Below are positions 17,240-26,484 of a stretch of 63,913 nucleotides of DNA, in pieces. This DNA comes from an uncultured Gammaproteobacteria bacterium. GTDB lineage: Bacteria; Patescibacteriota; Patescibacteriia; UBA9934; GWF2-40-263. The position numbers and the translations under genes were made by a program. The stretch spans positions 1-63,913 of the forward strand of contig CAYJWY010000001.1 in NCBI GenBank assembly GCA_964374035.1, written 5' to 3'. The notes under the pieces are model-generated. The model ran no database searches. It was not told the origin of the DNA and was given only the letters and a program-made list of their open reading frames with translations. Numbering within the stretch: the stretch's first letter is position 1; every line of letters starts with the position of its first letter.

Positions 17240-17353
17240 TTATCCTTGTCGTTGTTTATGTCGTGGATTCTTACAAATGGCAACAACACGTCCTTCACGA
17301 CGAAGAACTTTGCAATCACGGCAGATTTTTTTAACGGAAGCGCGAACCTTCAT
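17240..17353 (-). CDS. rpmJ: 50S ribosomal protein L36
   Basis: This gene is not in the ORF track because it is too short. The minus-strand translation is [37 protein letters not shown], in the canonical position between infA and rpsM. Confidence 0.9.
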   Translation of the reverse strand: MKVRASVKKICRDCKVLRREGRVVAICKNPRHKQRQG

Positions 17354-17355
17354 AC

Positions 17356-17577
17356 TTAGAATCGATACACAACGCGGCCTTTTGTTAAATCGTAGGGACT
17401 GATCTCAACCTTCACTTCATCACCCGGCAAGAGACGAATGCGAAACTTTCGCATCTTTCCGGAAAGATGTCCGATAATGTCTTGCCCGTTTTCCAGTTTA
17501 ATTTTGAACGTCGCCGCGGGAAAAAGTTCTTCGACAGTTCCTCGCAACACAATGAAATCCTTGGTTCCTTGCGCCAT
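17356..17577 (-). CDS. infA: translation initiation factor IF-1
   Basis: The S1-like fold [60 protein letters not shown]. The ATG at 17577 gives 73 aa. Confidence 0.9.
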   Translation of the reverse strand: MAQGTKDFIVLRGTVEELFPAATFKIKLENGQDIIGHLSGKMRKFRIRLLPGDEVKVEISPYDLTKGRVVYRF

Positions 17578-17705
17578 AGTTGATTGAATGGGACGAATTC
17601 TAGCAAGATTAGCGAAGAATTGCAAGGAAACCTTCTAAATTTGAGGCGCGGGTATTTTATGCTTTGAGCAATCACCTGTCAAGGAATCGCACGGGGATAA
17701 ACACG

Positions 17706-19559
17706 TTACTCAAGGACAGCCTTGATTCGTCGTACTCCCGAACCAACGGATTCCTCTTTTTGAATGACAAAATGGCCAAGCTCTGCGGTTTTTTTGACGT
17801 GCGGACCACCACAGACCTCCTTGCTGTACGCGTCTGCCGTTGCATCATCTCCGATAAAATACACTTTAATCTTGCCCCCAAGCTGGGCGTACTTGTCATC
17901 GAACACGCCGATCGCTCCACGAGATTTGGCTTCCACGAGATCGAGAATTTCGAAGTGGACGGTGAGGTCGCGTTGAATATGTTCGTTTACAAGATCTTCG
18001 ACTGCCTTGAGTTGTTCTTCGGTGAGTTTGTCTGGATGGGAAAAATCAAAACGCAAACGTTCAGGAGTGATGTTCGACCCTTTTTGAAACACGTGTTCGC
18101 CAAGGACTTTGCGAAGAGCTTGATGTAACATGTGCGTTGCGGTGTGCAAGCGAACCGTTGCTTGAGAGTGGTCCGCAAGACCGCCGGCAAATTTTTGCTC
18201 CGAGCCAGCACGAGAAAGATCTTTGTGTTTCTTGAACTCCGTCTGAAACATCTCACGATCGATGTGCTGACCTTTCTCTTGTGCCATTTCTTCTGTCAGT
18301 TCAAGAGGAAAGCCGTACGTAGAATACAAGACAAAGGCGTCTTCACCTGAAATTCCGTTTCGCTCTACAAACATCTGCTCGAATTCTTTTTCACCTTTCG
18401 TCAGCGTTGCCAAAAACTTTTCTTCCTCGCGCAAAAGTTCGTCGTGGATGATCGAAGACTTTTCTTGAAGCGATGGATACTGTTGTGCGTAGGTATCGAC
18501 AACGGCCTGACCCATGGCCGTAATAAATGTTTCTTTGATGCCAAGGTTTTTGCCGAAGCGCACAGCCCGACGAATAAGTCGGCGTGTGAAGTATCCCTGA
18601 TCTTTGTTTGAAGGGATGACGCCGTCGGCAATCAGAAACGTTGCGGCGCGCAAGTGGTCGAGAATGACGCGAAAGGCAAAGGTATCCGAGGCAGAACTGC
18701 CATACGGTCGACCGGCAACGCGTTCGATCACGGAGCGCGCCTTATCGAACACGTCGATTCGGAAAATATCTGAATCATCTGAAACAGCGGCCGCGATCCG
18801 TTCGAGGCCACCACCGAAGTCTACGTTGCGTTTTGGAAGTGGAACAAAACCTGATGCTGTCTTTTGATACTGCATGAAGACGTTGTTGCCGATCTCAACA
18901 TAGCGTCCACAGTCACAGTTCACATGACAGGCCTCATCTGCGTACAAGGATTGCTCGTGAAATTTCAGGGCTTCTCCAAAATCCCAAAACAATTCGGTGT
19001 CCGGTCCACCTGGTTCACCCACAGGCATCTTTTCAGGAACACCGGATCGCGACCACCAGTTTTTCTTCTCGTTGTAATAAAAAATCCGTTCGCCGATCTT
19101 GGCATCGATGCCGACGCTCTGAAAGGTTTCTTGCCACAATTGCACCGTTTCCTCGTCGCGTGGAATGCCCATCGCATCGTTGCCCCCAAAGGCGGTAACG
19201 AACAATCGGTTTGGATCGAGACCGAGTTCCTTTGTGAGAAACGCAAACATCCAACTGATCTGTTCTCTCTTAAAATAATCTCCGAGTGACCAGTTCCCCA
19301 ACATTTCAAAAAAGGTCGTATGACGATTGTCTCCGACTTCCTCGATATCTTGCGAGCGAAAACATTTCTGTGAATCGACAATACGATTACCGAGCGGATG
19401 CGGTTCGCCAAGCAAAAACGGAACCATCGGTTGCATGCCTGAACCGGTGAAAAGCGTGGAAGGGTCATTTTCTGGCACCAGCGAGGCCGAGGCAATCATC
19501 TTGTGACCGTGTTTTACAAAAAAATCCAGATAGCGTTGTCGAATTTCGTGCGTCGTCAT
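17706..19559 (-). CDS. alaS: alanine--tRNA ligase, short form
   Basis: It has the class II catalytic core and the editing-domain motifs HTATHMLHQALRKVLG and CGGPHV. It ends at 617 aa, directly after the editing domain. Confidence 0.9.
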   Translation of the reverse strand: MTTHEIRQRYLDFFVKHGHKMIASASLVPENDPSTLFTGSGMQPMVPFLLGEPHPLGNRIVDSQKCFRSQDIEEVGDNRHTTFFEMLGNWSLGDYFKREQISWMFAFLTKELGLDPNRLFVTAFGGNDAMGIPRDEETVQLWQETFQSVGIDAKIGERIFYYNEKKNWWSRSGVPEKMPVGEPGGPDTELFWDFGEALKFHEQSLYADEACHVNCDCGRYVEIGNNVFMQYQKTASGFVPLPKRNVDFGGGLERIAAAVSDDSDIFRIDVFDKARSVIERVAGRPYGSSASDTFAFRVILDHLRAATFLIADGVIPSNKDQGYFTRRLIRRAVRFGKNLGIKETFITAMGQAVVDTYAQQYPSLQEKSSIIHDELLREEEKFLATLTKGEKEFEQMFVERNGISGEDAFVLYSTYGFPLELTEEMAQEKGQHIDREMFQTEFKKHKDLSRAGSEQKFAGGLADHSQATVRLHTATHMLHQALRKVLGEHVFQKGSNITPERLRFDFSHPDKLTEEQLKAVEDLVNEHIQRDLTVHFEILDLVEAKSRGAIGVFDDKYAQLGGKIKVYFIGDDATADAYSKEVCGGPHVKKTAELGHFVIQKEESVGSGVRRIKAVLE

Positions 19560-19582
19560 AGCACAGGCATCATAACGAACGA

Positions 19583-21202
19583 TTAGGTCGATGTCGAATT
19601 GGTTTGTTGCACAGCTTCAGCAGGAGTGGATTTGACCAAGATGCGACGATGCATTGAGGAAAGGAAGAGATGTAATTCCTCGACCTTGAGCAGGTAGGCG
19701 ATAAAAAGATAGATGAGAAATCCGGCTCCACCGGCAACCAGAACTTGCATGAAAACGCCCAGAAAGGTATCGAGGGAAAAGACCTGGACGGTAAGTGGTT
19801 TGAGAAGTTGCATCACGATCGTGCACCCAAGACCCGCCACCACGATTTTCATGAATGATTGCAGGATGTGCAGTTCATCAAGCGATCCCACGCGCGTGCG
19901 AAGTGCCGTCCACAGAAGAACCGCGTTCACGATGGCAGAGAGCGAGTACGCCATCGCGAGACCCACAACACCAAACGTTGATTCAAACAAGAAGGCGGCA
20001 ATGATTCCAAGCAGTGCGGAGACGATTCCTGCGGTGAGCGGTGTGGCTGTATCGTGAAGACTAAAAAAAGCTCTCGCGAGGATGAACGCGAAGGCCTGAG
20101 GAATACAAGTCAACGCAAAAAACGCCAGAGCATCTGCGGTTATCACCGTCGAGCGCCAATCAAAGGCGCCTGCGCCCACGATGATCCGAACAACCTGAGA
20201 TCGCATAATCAGAAACAAAAGCATCATTGGAATCATGAAGAAGAGAACCTGTCGAATCGTGGAAGAAAAGGATTCGCGAAAGGCATCAAAATCTCCGGTT
20301 CCCAAATGCTCTGTAAACGACGGAAAAGCGGCGATTGCGTAGGAAACGCCGATGATACCGATGGGGAAAAACTGAATGTTGTAGGCAAACTGAAACATCG
20401 TCACCGCTCCGGCTCCCATGGTGGTCGCCATGATCGAAAGAATCACGAAAAGCAATTGGGACACACCGATGGCAAGCATGCGCGGCATGGTCATGCGTGT
20501 CATTTCCTTCACGCAATGATCTTTCCAATCGATGAACAACGCGTAACGGTAGCCGACTTGGTAGGCACCAAAGAGTTGCAACGCCGTGTGCAAAAAGGCT
20601 CCAAAAACCACACCCCAGGCCAGGCCGATGGGTCCAATGTGTTTCACGAAAACAAGTGCACCGACGATAATGCCGGCATTGTAGACGATCGGCGCACACG
20701 CGTAGAGTGTGAAGCGTTTCAAGCCCTGCAAAATCGATCCGAAGATCATCGAACAGGCGAGAAGCATTTGTGAAAGGAACATGATACGCATGAAACTGGC
20801 GACCTGCATTTGCATCACGACATCAAATCCCGGAGCGATGAGTGTGGCGAGTGGTTTTGCAAAAATCATGAAGAGCAAGGTGATCGTCAGGACAATCACA
20901 CCGAGCAGATGAAGAACATTGTTTGTAAATTTCCATGCGTTTTCTTTTGCGTGTCCGCGATAATGGTTGATGAACATGGGAATAAAACTCGCGGAGAGAG
21001 CTCCCACGACAAGAAGTTGAAAGAAAAGATCCGGAATCCTAAACGCCGCGTAGTAGACATCAAGCGTTTCCCCTGCTCCAAACGCACCCGCGAGAATACG
21101 ATCGCGCATCAAACCAACGATGCGACTGGCAAACGAAAACAAGCCGACAATCGCCGCGGCACCGACAATCGTTTTTGATTCTCGATTGATGAATCCGATC
21201 AT
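19583..21202 (-). CDS. murJ: lipid II flippase MurJ/MviN
   Basis: A 539-aa polytopic protein with FASRIVGLMRDRILAGAFGAGETLDVYYAAFRIPD, the typical MurJ N-terminus. Confidence 0.85.
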   Translation of the reverse strand: MIGFINRESKTIVGAAAIVGLFSFASRIVGLMRDRILAGAFGAGETLDVYYAAFRIPDLFFQLLVVGALSASFIPMFINHYRGHAKENAWKFTNNVLHLLGVIVLTITLLFMIFAKPLATLIAPGFDVVMQMQVASFMRIMFLSQMLLACSMIFGSILQGLKRFTLYACAPIVYNAGIIVGALVFVKHIGPIGLAWGVVFGAFLHTALQLFGAYQVGYRYALFIDWKDHCVKEMTRMTMPRMLAIGVSQLLFVILSIMATTMGAGAVTMFQFAYNIQFFPIGIIGVSYAIAAFPSFTEHLGTGDFDAFRESFSSTIRQVLFFMIPMMLLFLIMRSQVVRIIVGAGAFDWRSTVITADALAFFALTCIPQAFAFILARAFFSLHDTATPLTAGIVSALLGIIAAFLFESTFGVVGLAMAYSLSAIVNAVLLWTALRTRVGSLDELHILQSFMKIVVAGLGCTIVMQLLKPLTVQVFSLDTFLGVFMQVLVAGGAGFLIYLFIAYLLKVEELHLFLSSMHRRILVKSTPAEAVQQTNSTST

Positions 21203-22536
21203 TATTCTTCTTTTACAACAATCCTTTTTTTACGCGGCGATAAACAAACGCGTCCATCGTCTTGTTCGTCATCGATCGAAGGTTCCTGTGACTCATCGGT
21301 TTCAGCATCGTCGAGGTCCTTAGGACATGCTTGATTCATGGCGTTGCTAAAAAATCGGCGTTGTTTGTTTGCTATGATCCGTGGAGCAACAAAACATGCG
21401 AGCAGGAGGGCACCCAGGATGATCATGATCCACAACACGGTGGGATTGCTCAGAGAAAAAAATGGCACGATAACCTCAACGAATTCTGTTGCTTTCTCCC
21501 CTGTTGGCGCATGGATCGTCAATGCCACTTGGTATGTTCCGGCCTTCTTATAACGATGCTCTACATTTGCGTGAGAAGATTTTGTTTCGTCGCCGAGATT
21601 CCATTCGTAGACATGGTCTTCGCGAGCGGGTCCAATCAGACGAAACGCAAAAACGTTCCATGCCTTGCGCTCATAGGTAAAGATGGCATTTGTTGACAGG
21701 ACAAACGAATCCACTGCTTCATTGCGGTCAACGAGCGTGAGGGTCTCATTCACCTGATCGACCACGTTGTTCAAAAGAGCCGTAATTTTGGAGGGTTGAT
21801 CTTTGGATTTTTTTGGAATCGTCGAGGATTCTGCTTGCGTTGAGGGAATCGACTCTGGTTTGGAAGCAACCGGTGCCGCTTGCGTAGATGATGGCTTTGA
21901 CATCTCGCGTGTGGTCTTTGTTGGATCCGTTGGAAAGGCATCATTTGGATCCACAGTGCCATCCCCATCCGAATCCTTTGCGAAGGGATTTGATCCAAGT
22001 TCTGCTTCAACCGCATCGGAAAGTCCGTCATTATCATCATCCTCATCACAAAGATCCCCTATGGTATCGGCGTCGGAGTCTGCCTGATTGATGTTTGCGA
22101 TATTTGGACAATTGTCTTGAACGTTTTCAACACCATCACGATCATCATCGACCATCGGACGAAACATGCGCGTAATGGCCGTATTGTTGCTTTCATTTTG
22201 ATCAACGGGATCTGTACCGCGAATTTCAGCGCGAATGTTAAATTCACTGGATGGAATCATGAAGTCGACAAAAACCTCGTCAGGTAGCCCACCAGCAACG
22301 GAAGAGATGACCTGTGAATTTCCAATGGGAACCGAGCCTTGATAGAACGAAACGAAACCAGAGATATCCTCGGTTCCAACATTGAAAATTTTCGCATAGA
22401 GTCGCACACGATCGCCCGCAACGATCATCTCCTTGGAAAACCGAATCTCATCGGCGCGAATTTCAAGATCCTGCGTCGCGGCATACCCCACGATGGGAAA
22501 CGCACAAAGGACGATGATGAGAAGACGGTTCAACAT
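21202..22536 (-). CDS. cell-surface protein with a CARDB-like domain, thrombospondin type-3 (Ca-binding) repeats, a PKD-like domain and a C-terminal TM anchor
   Basis: Features in order: a signal peptide (MLNRLLIIVLCAFPIVGYAA); DDDRDGVENVQDNCPNIANINQADSDAD..DLCDEDDDNDG..DSDGDGTVDPNDAFP; WNLGDET...YKKAGTYQVALT; then a hydrophobic helix and an acidic tail. Confidence 0.6.
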   Translation of the reverse strand: MLNRLLIIVLCAFPIVGYAATQDLEIRADEIRFSKEMIVAGDRVRLYAKIFNVGTEDISGFVSFYQGSVPIGNSQVISSVAGGLPDEVFVDFMIPSSEFNIRAEIRGTDPVDQNESNNTAITRMFRPMVDDDRDGVENVQDNCPNIANINQADSDADTIGDLCDEDDDNDGLSDAVEAELGSNPFAKDSDGDGTVDPNDAFPTDPTKTTREMSKPSSTQAAPVASKPESIPSTQAESSTIPKKSKDQPSKITALLNNVVDQVNETLTLVDRNEAVDSFVLSTNAIFTYERKAWNVFAFRLIGPAREDHVYEWNLGDETKSSHANVEHRYKKAGTYQVALTIHAPTGEKATEFVEVIVPFFSLSNPTVLWIMIILGALLLACFVAPRIIANKQRRFFSNAMNQACPKDLDDAETDESQEPSIDDEQDDGRVCLSPRKKRIVVKEE

Positions 22537-23093
22537 AGACGAACGCGATGATGAGAAAGTAACCACAGACGTGCGGCCTCGTCGGATGAAATATGAAGTT
22601 CGTTTGCAAACGTTGGGTGGACGCGCACAACGACATGCTCAATGCACTGCGATGGAGCATCAACAAGGTGAACGGTTACGGTTTGGTGATGATTCAATCC
22701 GATTTGCTTGGCCGTTTGGTCGTTGCAATGAAGATGTCGTGCGGGAATAATCGTTTGTGATTTCGCGTTCACGCTTCCGTGCGTACCCTTCAGGGTGCAT
22801 GTTCCGGATCGAGCCATATCCCCGGAAATACGTACAGGCGCATTGATACCGATCGCGAACGCATCCACAGCGGAAAGTTCCACCTGTGTTTGATCACGAA
22901 ACGGCCCAAGGATACGGACTCCCTCAAAGAAACCTTGCGTTCCGATAAGGTCGACGGTTTGCTCACAGAGAAACTGTCCGCGATGCGCGAGCTCACGCTG
23001 TGCAATCAACTCAACGTTATCGCCAAACAAAACCTCGGCATCGTTCTTGCTCAAATGGACGTGTCGATGTTGGATGACGACGGAAAATTCCAT
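22530..23093 (-). CDS. pduL: PduL-type phosphate acyltransferase
   Basis: The duplicated PduL signature: HRHVHLSKNDAEVLFG ... ARHLHCNDQTAKQIGL. Confidence 0.8.
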   Translation of the reverse strand: MEFSVVIQHRHVHLSKNDAEVLFGDNVELIAQRELAHRGQFLCEQTVDLIGTQGFFEGVRILGPFRDQTQVELSAVDAFAIGINAPVRISGDMARSGTCTLKGTHGSVNAKSQTIIPARHLHCNDQTAKQIGLNHHQTVTVHLVDAPSQCIEHVVVRVHPTFANELHISSDEAARLWLLSHHRVRLC

Positions 23094-23102
23094 AGCCGAG
23101 CA

Positions 23103-23849
23103 TTACTTCTTTGGTTTCAAAAATGCGAGGAGATGCTTTTTCTGACGGTCCTTGTTGTGGCCAAACGTGTACTTGAATTTATCGTGCTTGATGGGACCCA
23201 ACAGCGCGAGGTGCATTTCCGCAAGCATGAACTTGATCGCGATATTCATGCGTCCGTCGCGATCCAGGCGGCGAATCGACACGGGAATTTTGGTTGATTT
23301 CAAAAAACCGAAACGACCGAACTTGCGAAAGCGTTGCGCGTAATCGTGATCTTCGCAAAATGGAATCGACTCGTCGAAGCCGCCAAGCTTGTTGTGCAGG
23401 TCGCGCTGAACCAGCATGCAGAAGCCGGGCGCGTGCGGAAACAAGGCTCCCCAGGCACGAACGTAGGTATTATACGCCTTGTGCATGAAATGATCGATGA
23501 AGTCGTCGCTGAGCGGAAAAACGTCGCAGGTTGCAAGGCCGAGATGGCGTTTTTTCATTTCTGTTACCGCCTTCTCAAGAAATTCCGGATCGCGTAATTC
23601 AACATCGGCGTCGAGAAAAAAAATGAGATCCGTTTTTGCATGCGCGGCGCCAAGGTTGCGTGCTGTGGCTGGTAACCCTCCGTTGATCACTGTTGCTCCA
23701 TACGATGTTGCAAGCTCGCGTGTATGATCGCTTGAGTGTGCATCCGCGACGATGATCTGCGTCGGCTGGAGTGTCTGTTTCTTGATCGACTTCAAAAGAA
23801 TGGGCAAGTACGCCTCCTCGTTCTTCGTCGGGATCACGATGGTCAACAT
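23103..23849 (-). CDS. family 2 glycosyltransferase
   Basis: MLTIVIPTKNEEAYLPILLKSI...FLDADV...CEDHDY. The ATG at 23849 avoids overlap with the SpoU gene. Confidence 0.75.
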   Translation of the reverse strand: MLTIVIPTKNEEAYLPILLKSIKKQTLQPTQIIVADAHSSDHTRELATSYGATVINGGLPATARNLGAAHAKTDLIFFLDADVELRDPEFLEKAVTEMKKRHLGLATCDVFPLSDDFIDHFMHKAYNTYVRAWGALFPHAPGFCMLVQRDLHNKLGGFDESIPFCEDHDYAQRFRKFGRFGFLKSTKIPVSIRRLDRDGRMNIAIKFMLAEMHLALLGPIKHDKFKYTFGHNKDRQKKHLLAFLKPKK

Positions 23850-23862
23850 AGATGAGCTCAGT

Positions 23863-24312
23863 TTACCGTTTTTGCGAACGAAGAGCAAACATGGCGATTC
23901 CTGCGGCGACTGAGACATTGAGGGATTGTTTCGCTCCAGGCAGATCGATCTGAACGATTTGATCACAAGCCTTGAGGACGTCTTGTTCGAGACCTTCGAC
24001 TTCGTTGCCGACAATAAGAACGATCGCCTGACTCTCGGTGATCGAGGAAATCGACGTCGCGCTCTCAACGTTGTCGAGAGCGACGACGCGACGACCCTCA
24101 AGTTTCAATCCTTCGATGAGGCTCAGCACATCGTCTCGACCTTCCCACGCGACACGGTGCTCACTGCCAAGACTCACTTTTGCAATCTCTTTGCGAGGCG
24201 GTCGACCTGAAATGCCCGTGAGATAAACCTTTTCGATCAAAAAGGCATCCGCAGAACGCAAAATCGCGCCGACGTTGTGAAGTGAACGAATGTTGTGGGC
24301 GATGATAGTCAT
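23863..24312 (-). CDS. SpoU/TrmH-family RNA 2'-O-methyltransferase
   Basis: HNVGAILRSADAF...IVGNEVEGL...IPGAKQSLNVSVAAGIAMF are SPOUT knot motifs. Confidence 0.85.
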   Translation of the reverse strand: MTIIAHNIRSLHNVGAILRSADAFLIEKVYLTGISGRPPRKEIAKVSLGSEHRVAWEGRDDVLSLIEGLKLEGRRVVALDNVESATSISSITESQAIVLIVGNEVEGLEQDVLKACDQIVQIDLPGAKQSLNVSVAAGIAMFALRSQKR

Positions 24313-24397
24313 ACGTTTTGGTGAAGAGGGCTAAGAGGCCGAAGATGGGGAAAGTGCTAAAATGTGTTATCCTCTTAGCCCTCCTCGCCATCTTACT

Positions 24398-25552
24398 ATG
24401 TCCCCTTGCCCACAAAAAGAACTTTGCGGATCGTGCTCGTGGTCGCACATTCCGTATGACAAGCAGTTGCAACAAAAGCTGTCGGATATCAACGGATCGT
24501 TTGCGTTGAAGGAGCTTGATTTCACGTGTGATAAAATCGTCGCTTCCCCGAAGACCGAACATTATCGCAACCGCATGGATTTTGTGATTGACTTTGAGGG
24601 GCGCGTTGGCATGCGCGAAACAAGAAAGTGGTGGAAGGTTATTGATAATCATACCTGCTTTCTTGCAGACGAAAAGATCGACGAAACATTTTCGCGCGTT
24701 CGAGATTGGGTGAAGACGAGCGGGCTGAGTTTTTACGATCGCAAGTCGCATGAAGGATTTTTGCGTTACGCGGTAATTCGATCAACGACGCTTGGTGAGA
24801 CGATGGTGAATCTTGTAACGAGTGCGCCGGTGAAGGATGAGGAGTGGCTCGATCAATCCAGTGCAACGCAACCTGGTTGCGTTCACGGCAACCAGGTTGC
24901 GTTGCCTTTATTCCCGCCGTGTACATCGCTGATGTGGTCGATCAACGATACGATGACCGACGTTTCATTCGGAAGCGACATTCGTACGCTCGCTGGCTCG
25001 AATACGATCGAAGAATCCATCGGTGGCATTCGTTATCGCATTAGTCCAAACGCATTCTTCCAAACAAACTCGTACGCGGCCCCCCTTCTGTTGAAAACCG
25101 TCGAGGAGTTCACGGGCGATATGGTGAACAAAACGCTTCTCGACCTGTATTGCGGTACTGGTTTCTTTGCAGTCGCGCTCGCGAACAAGACCAAACGTAC
25201 CGTCGGTGTCGAGATGGTCGACGAGGCGATTCACGACGCGGTCGAAAACGCGAAGTTGAACAACGTCGATGTCGAATTTCACGTCGCGAAGACAGAAGAC
25301 TTCAACTGGGCTGAGTACAACGCCGACATCGCAATCCTTGACCCGCCGCGCTCCGGCATGCATGATACGGCCCTCGCGGACGTTCTGAGGATCTTGCCCA
25401 AGGAAATCATCTATGTTTCCTGCAATCCAAAGAACTTCGCTCGCGAAATGGTACAATTACAGAAGCATTACCGCGTCGAGCGCATGCGCGCGATTGATAT
25501 GTTTCCCCATACGCCGCATGTGGAGCTCGTTACGAAGTTGAAACGTAAGTGA
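24398..25552 (+). CDS. RNA (uracil-5)-methyltransferase, RlmD/TrmA family
   Basis: An N-terminal CGSCSW Cys cluster, SPNAFFQTN, DLYCGTGFF, DPPRSGM and the C-terminal YVSCNP...DMFPHTPHVE. Confidence 0.8.
   Translation: MSPCPQKELCGSCSWSHIPYDKQLQQKLSDINGSFALKELDFTCDKIVASPKTEHYRNRMDFVIDFEGRVGMRETRKWWKVIDNHTCFLADEKIDETFSRVRDWVKTSGLSFYDRKSHEGFLRYAVIRSTTLGETMVNLVTSAPVKDEEWLDQSSATQPGCVHGNQVALPLFPPCTSLMWSINDTMTDVSFGSDIRTLAGSNTIEESIGGIRYRISPNAFFQTNSYAAPLLLKTVEEFTGDMVNKTLLDLYCGTGFFAVALANKTKRTVGVEMVDEAIHDAVENAKLNNVDVEFHVAKTEDFNWAEYNADIAILDPPRSGMHDTALADVLRILPKEIIYVSCNPKNFAREMVQLQKHYRVERMRAIDMFPHTPHVELVTKLKRK
24863..24905. repeat. G-family perfect hairpin inside rlmD
   Basis: gcaacgcaacctggttgc-gttcacg-gcaaccaggttgcgttgc is an 18-bp perfect stem, read through as ATQPGCVHGNQVAL. 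Confidence 0.85.
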
Positions 25553-25610
25553 CTAGTGACTGAGTGACTGGTGACTAATTTCAATCTCAGTCACTAGTCA
25601 CTCAGTCACT
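25548..25610. repeat. hairpin built from GTGACT repeats
   Basis: agtgact agtgactg agtgactg gtgacta - atttcaatc - tcagtcac tagtcac tcagtcact, between rlmD and era. Confidence 0.8.
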
Positions 25611-25626
25611 CTTCCACCCCCACCCT

Positions 25627-26484
25627 ATGAAAAAATCCGGTTTCGTCGTCATGATTGGTCGATCAAACGTGGGTAAGTCCACGTTGCTTAATGCTGTCAT
25701 CGGATCCAAGATTGCGATCACAACACCAAAACCTCAAACAACGCGTATGCCCATTCAAGGCGTGCTGACGCAAGCTCAGGGACAAATGGTGTTTGTGGAT
25801 ACGCCAGGAGTGCTCAAGGGTGCGCGTGATGTGCTTTCGAAAAAACTTGCCGAGTCTGTGCAAGCGTCGCTCACGGATGTGAATGTGCTTGTGTATGTCG
25901 TGGATCCGTCGCGAGAAATTGGCGACGAGGAACGCTCGGTGATGCAGATGATTAAGAATGTCGAAGGCAAACGAGTTCTCGTCATTAACAAGTGCGACCT
26001 CAGCGACAAGGACAAACCGTTTATCGACTTCTATCGTGACCTTGGCAAGGACTTCGACGCTACCATGGAAGTCTCTGCGCTACGCGGGACACACATCCCC
26101 TCACTCATCTCAACGCTGTTCGACATGCTTCCTGAAGGCGAGGCGTTCTATCCAGAAGGTCAGCTCACCAACATGCCAAACAACATTTGGCTCGCGGAGT
26201 TGATTCGCGAGAAATTGTTTCTTCGACTGCGACAGGAGGTTCCGTATTCTGTGCACGTCGAAGTCGACGAGGCGGAAGTGCGACCAAACGGCATGTTCTA
26301 CATCAGAGCAACCGTCTTCACGACGGACGAACGTTATAAGCGTATGATGATCGGACAAGGTGGACGCGGCATAAAGGAAATTGGACAGTCAACGCGTCGC
26401 GAACTTGAGCAAGCCATGGATACAAAAGTGTTTCTCGATCTCACGGTTGAGGTGGACGCGCACTGGATGCAACGTTTTGAGTAA
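25627..26484 (+). CDS. era: GTPase Era
   Basis: GRSNVGKSTLLN (G1), DTPG (G3), NKCD (G4) and a C-terminal KH domain (IGQGGRGIKEIG). Confidence 0.95.
   Translation: MKKSGFVVMIGRSNVGKSTLLNAVIGSKIAITTPKPQTTRMPIQGVLTQAQGQMVFVDTPGVLKGARDVLSKKLAESVQASLTDVNVLVYVVDPSREIGDEERSVMQMIKNVEGKRVLVINKCDLSDKDKPFIDFYRDLGKDFDATMEVSALRGTHIPSLISTLFDMLPEGEAFYPEGQLTNMPNNIWLAELIREKLFLRLRQEVPYSVHVEVDEAEVRPNGMFYIRATVFTTDERYKRMMIGQGGRGIKEIGQSTRRELEQAMDTKVFLDLTVEVDAHWMQRFE

Noticed and set aside
24161-24751. A 196-aa minus-strand ORF spans the divergent SpoU/rlmD promoter region.
   Set aside because: It overlaps both the SpoU methyltransferase 5' end and the rlmD 5' region in other frames, and has a low-complexity Arg/Phe-rich sequence. 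It is considered spurious.
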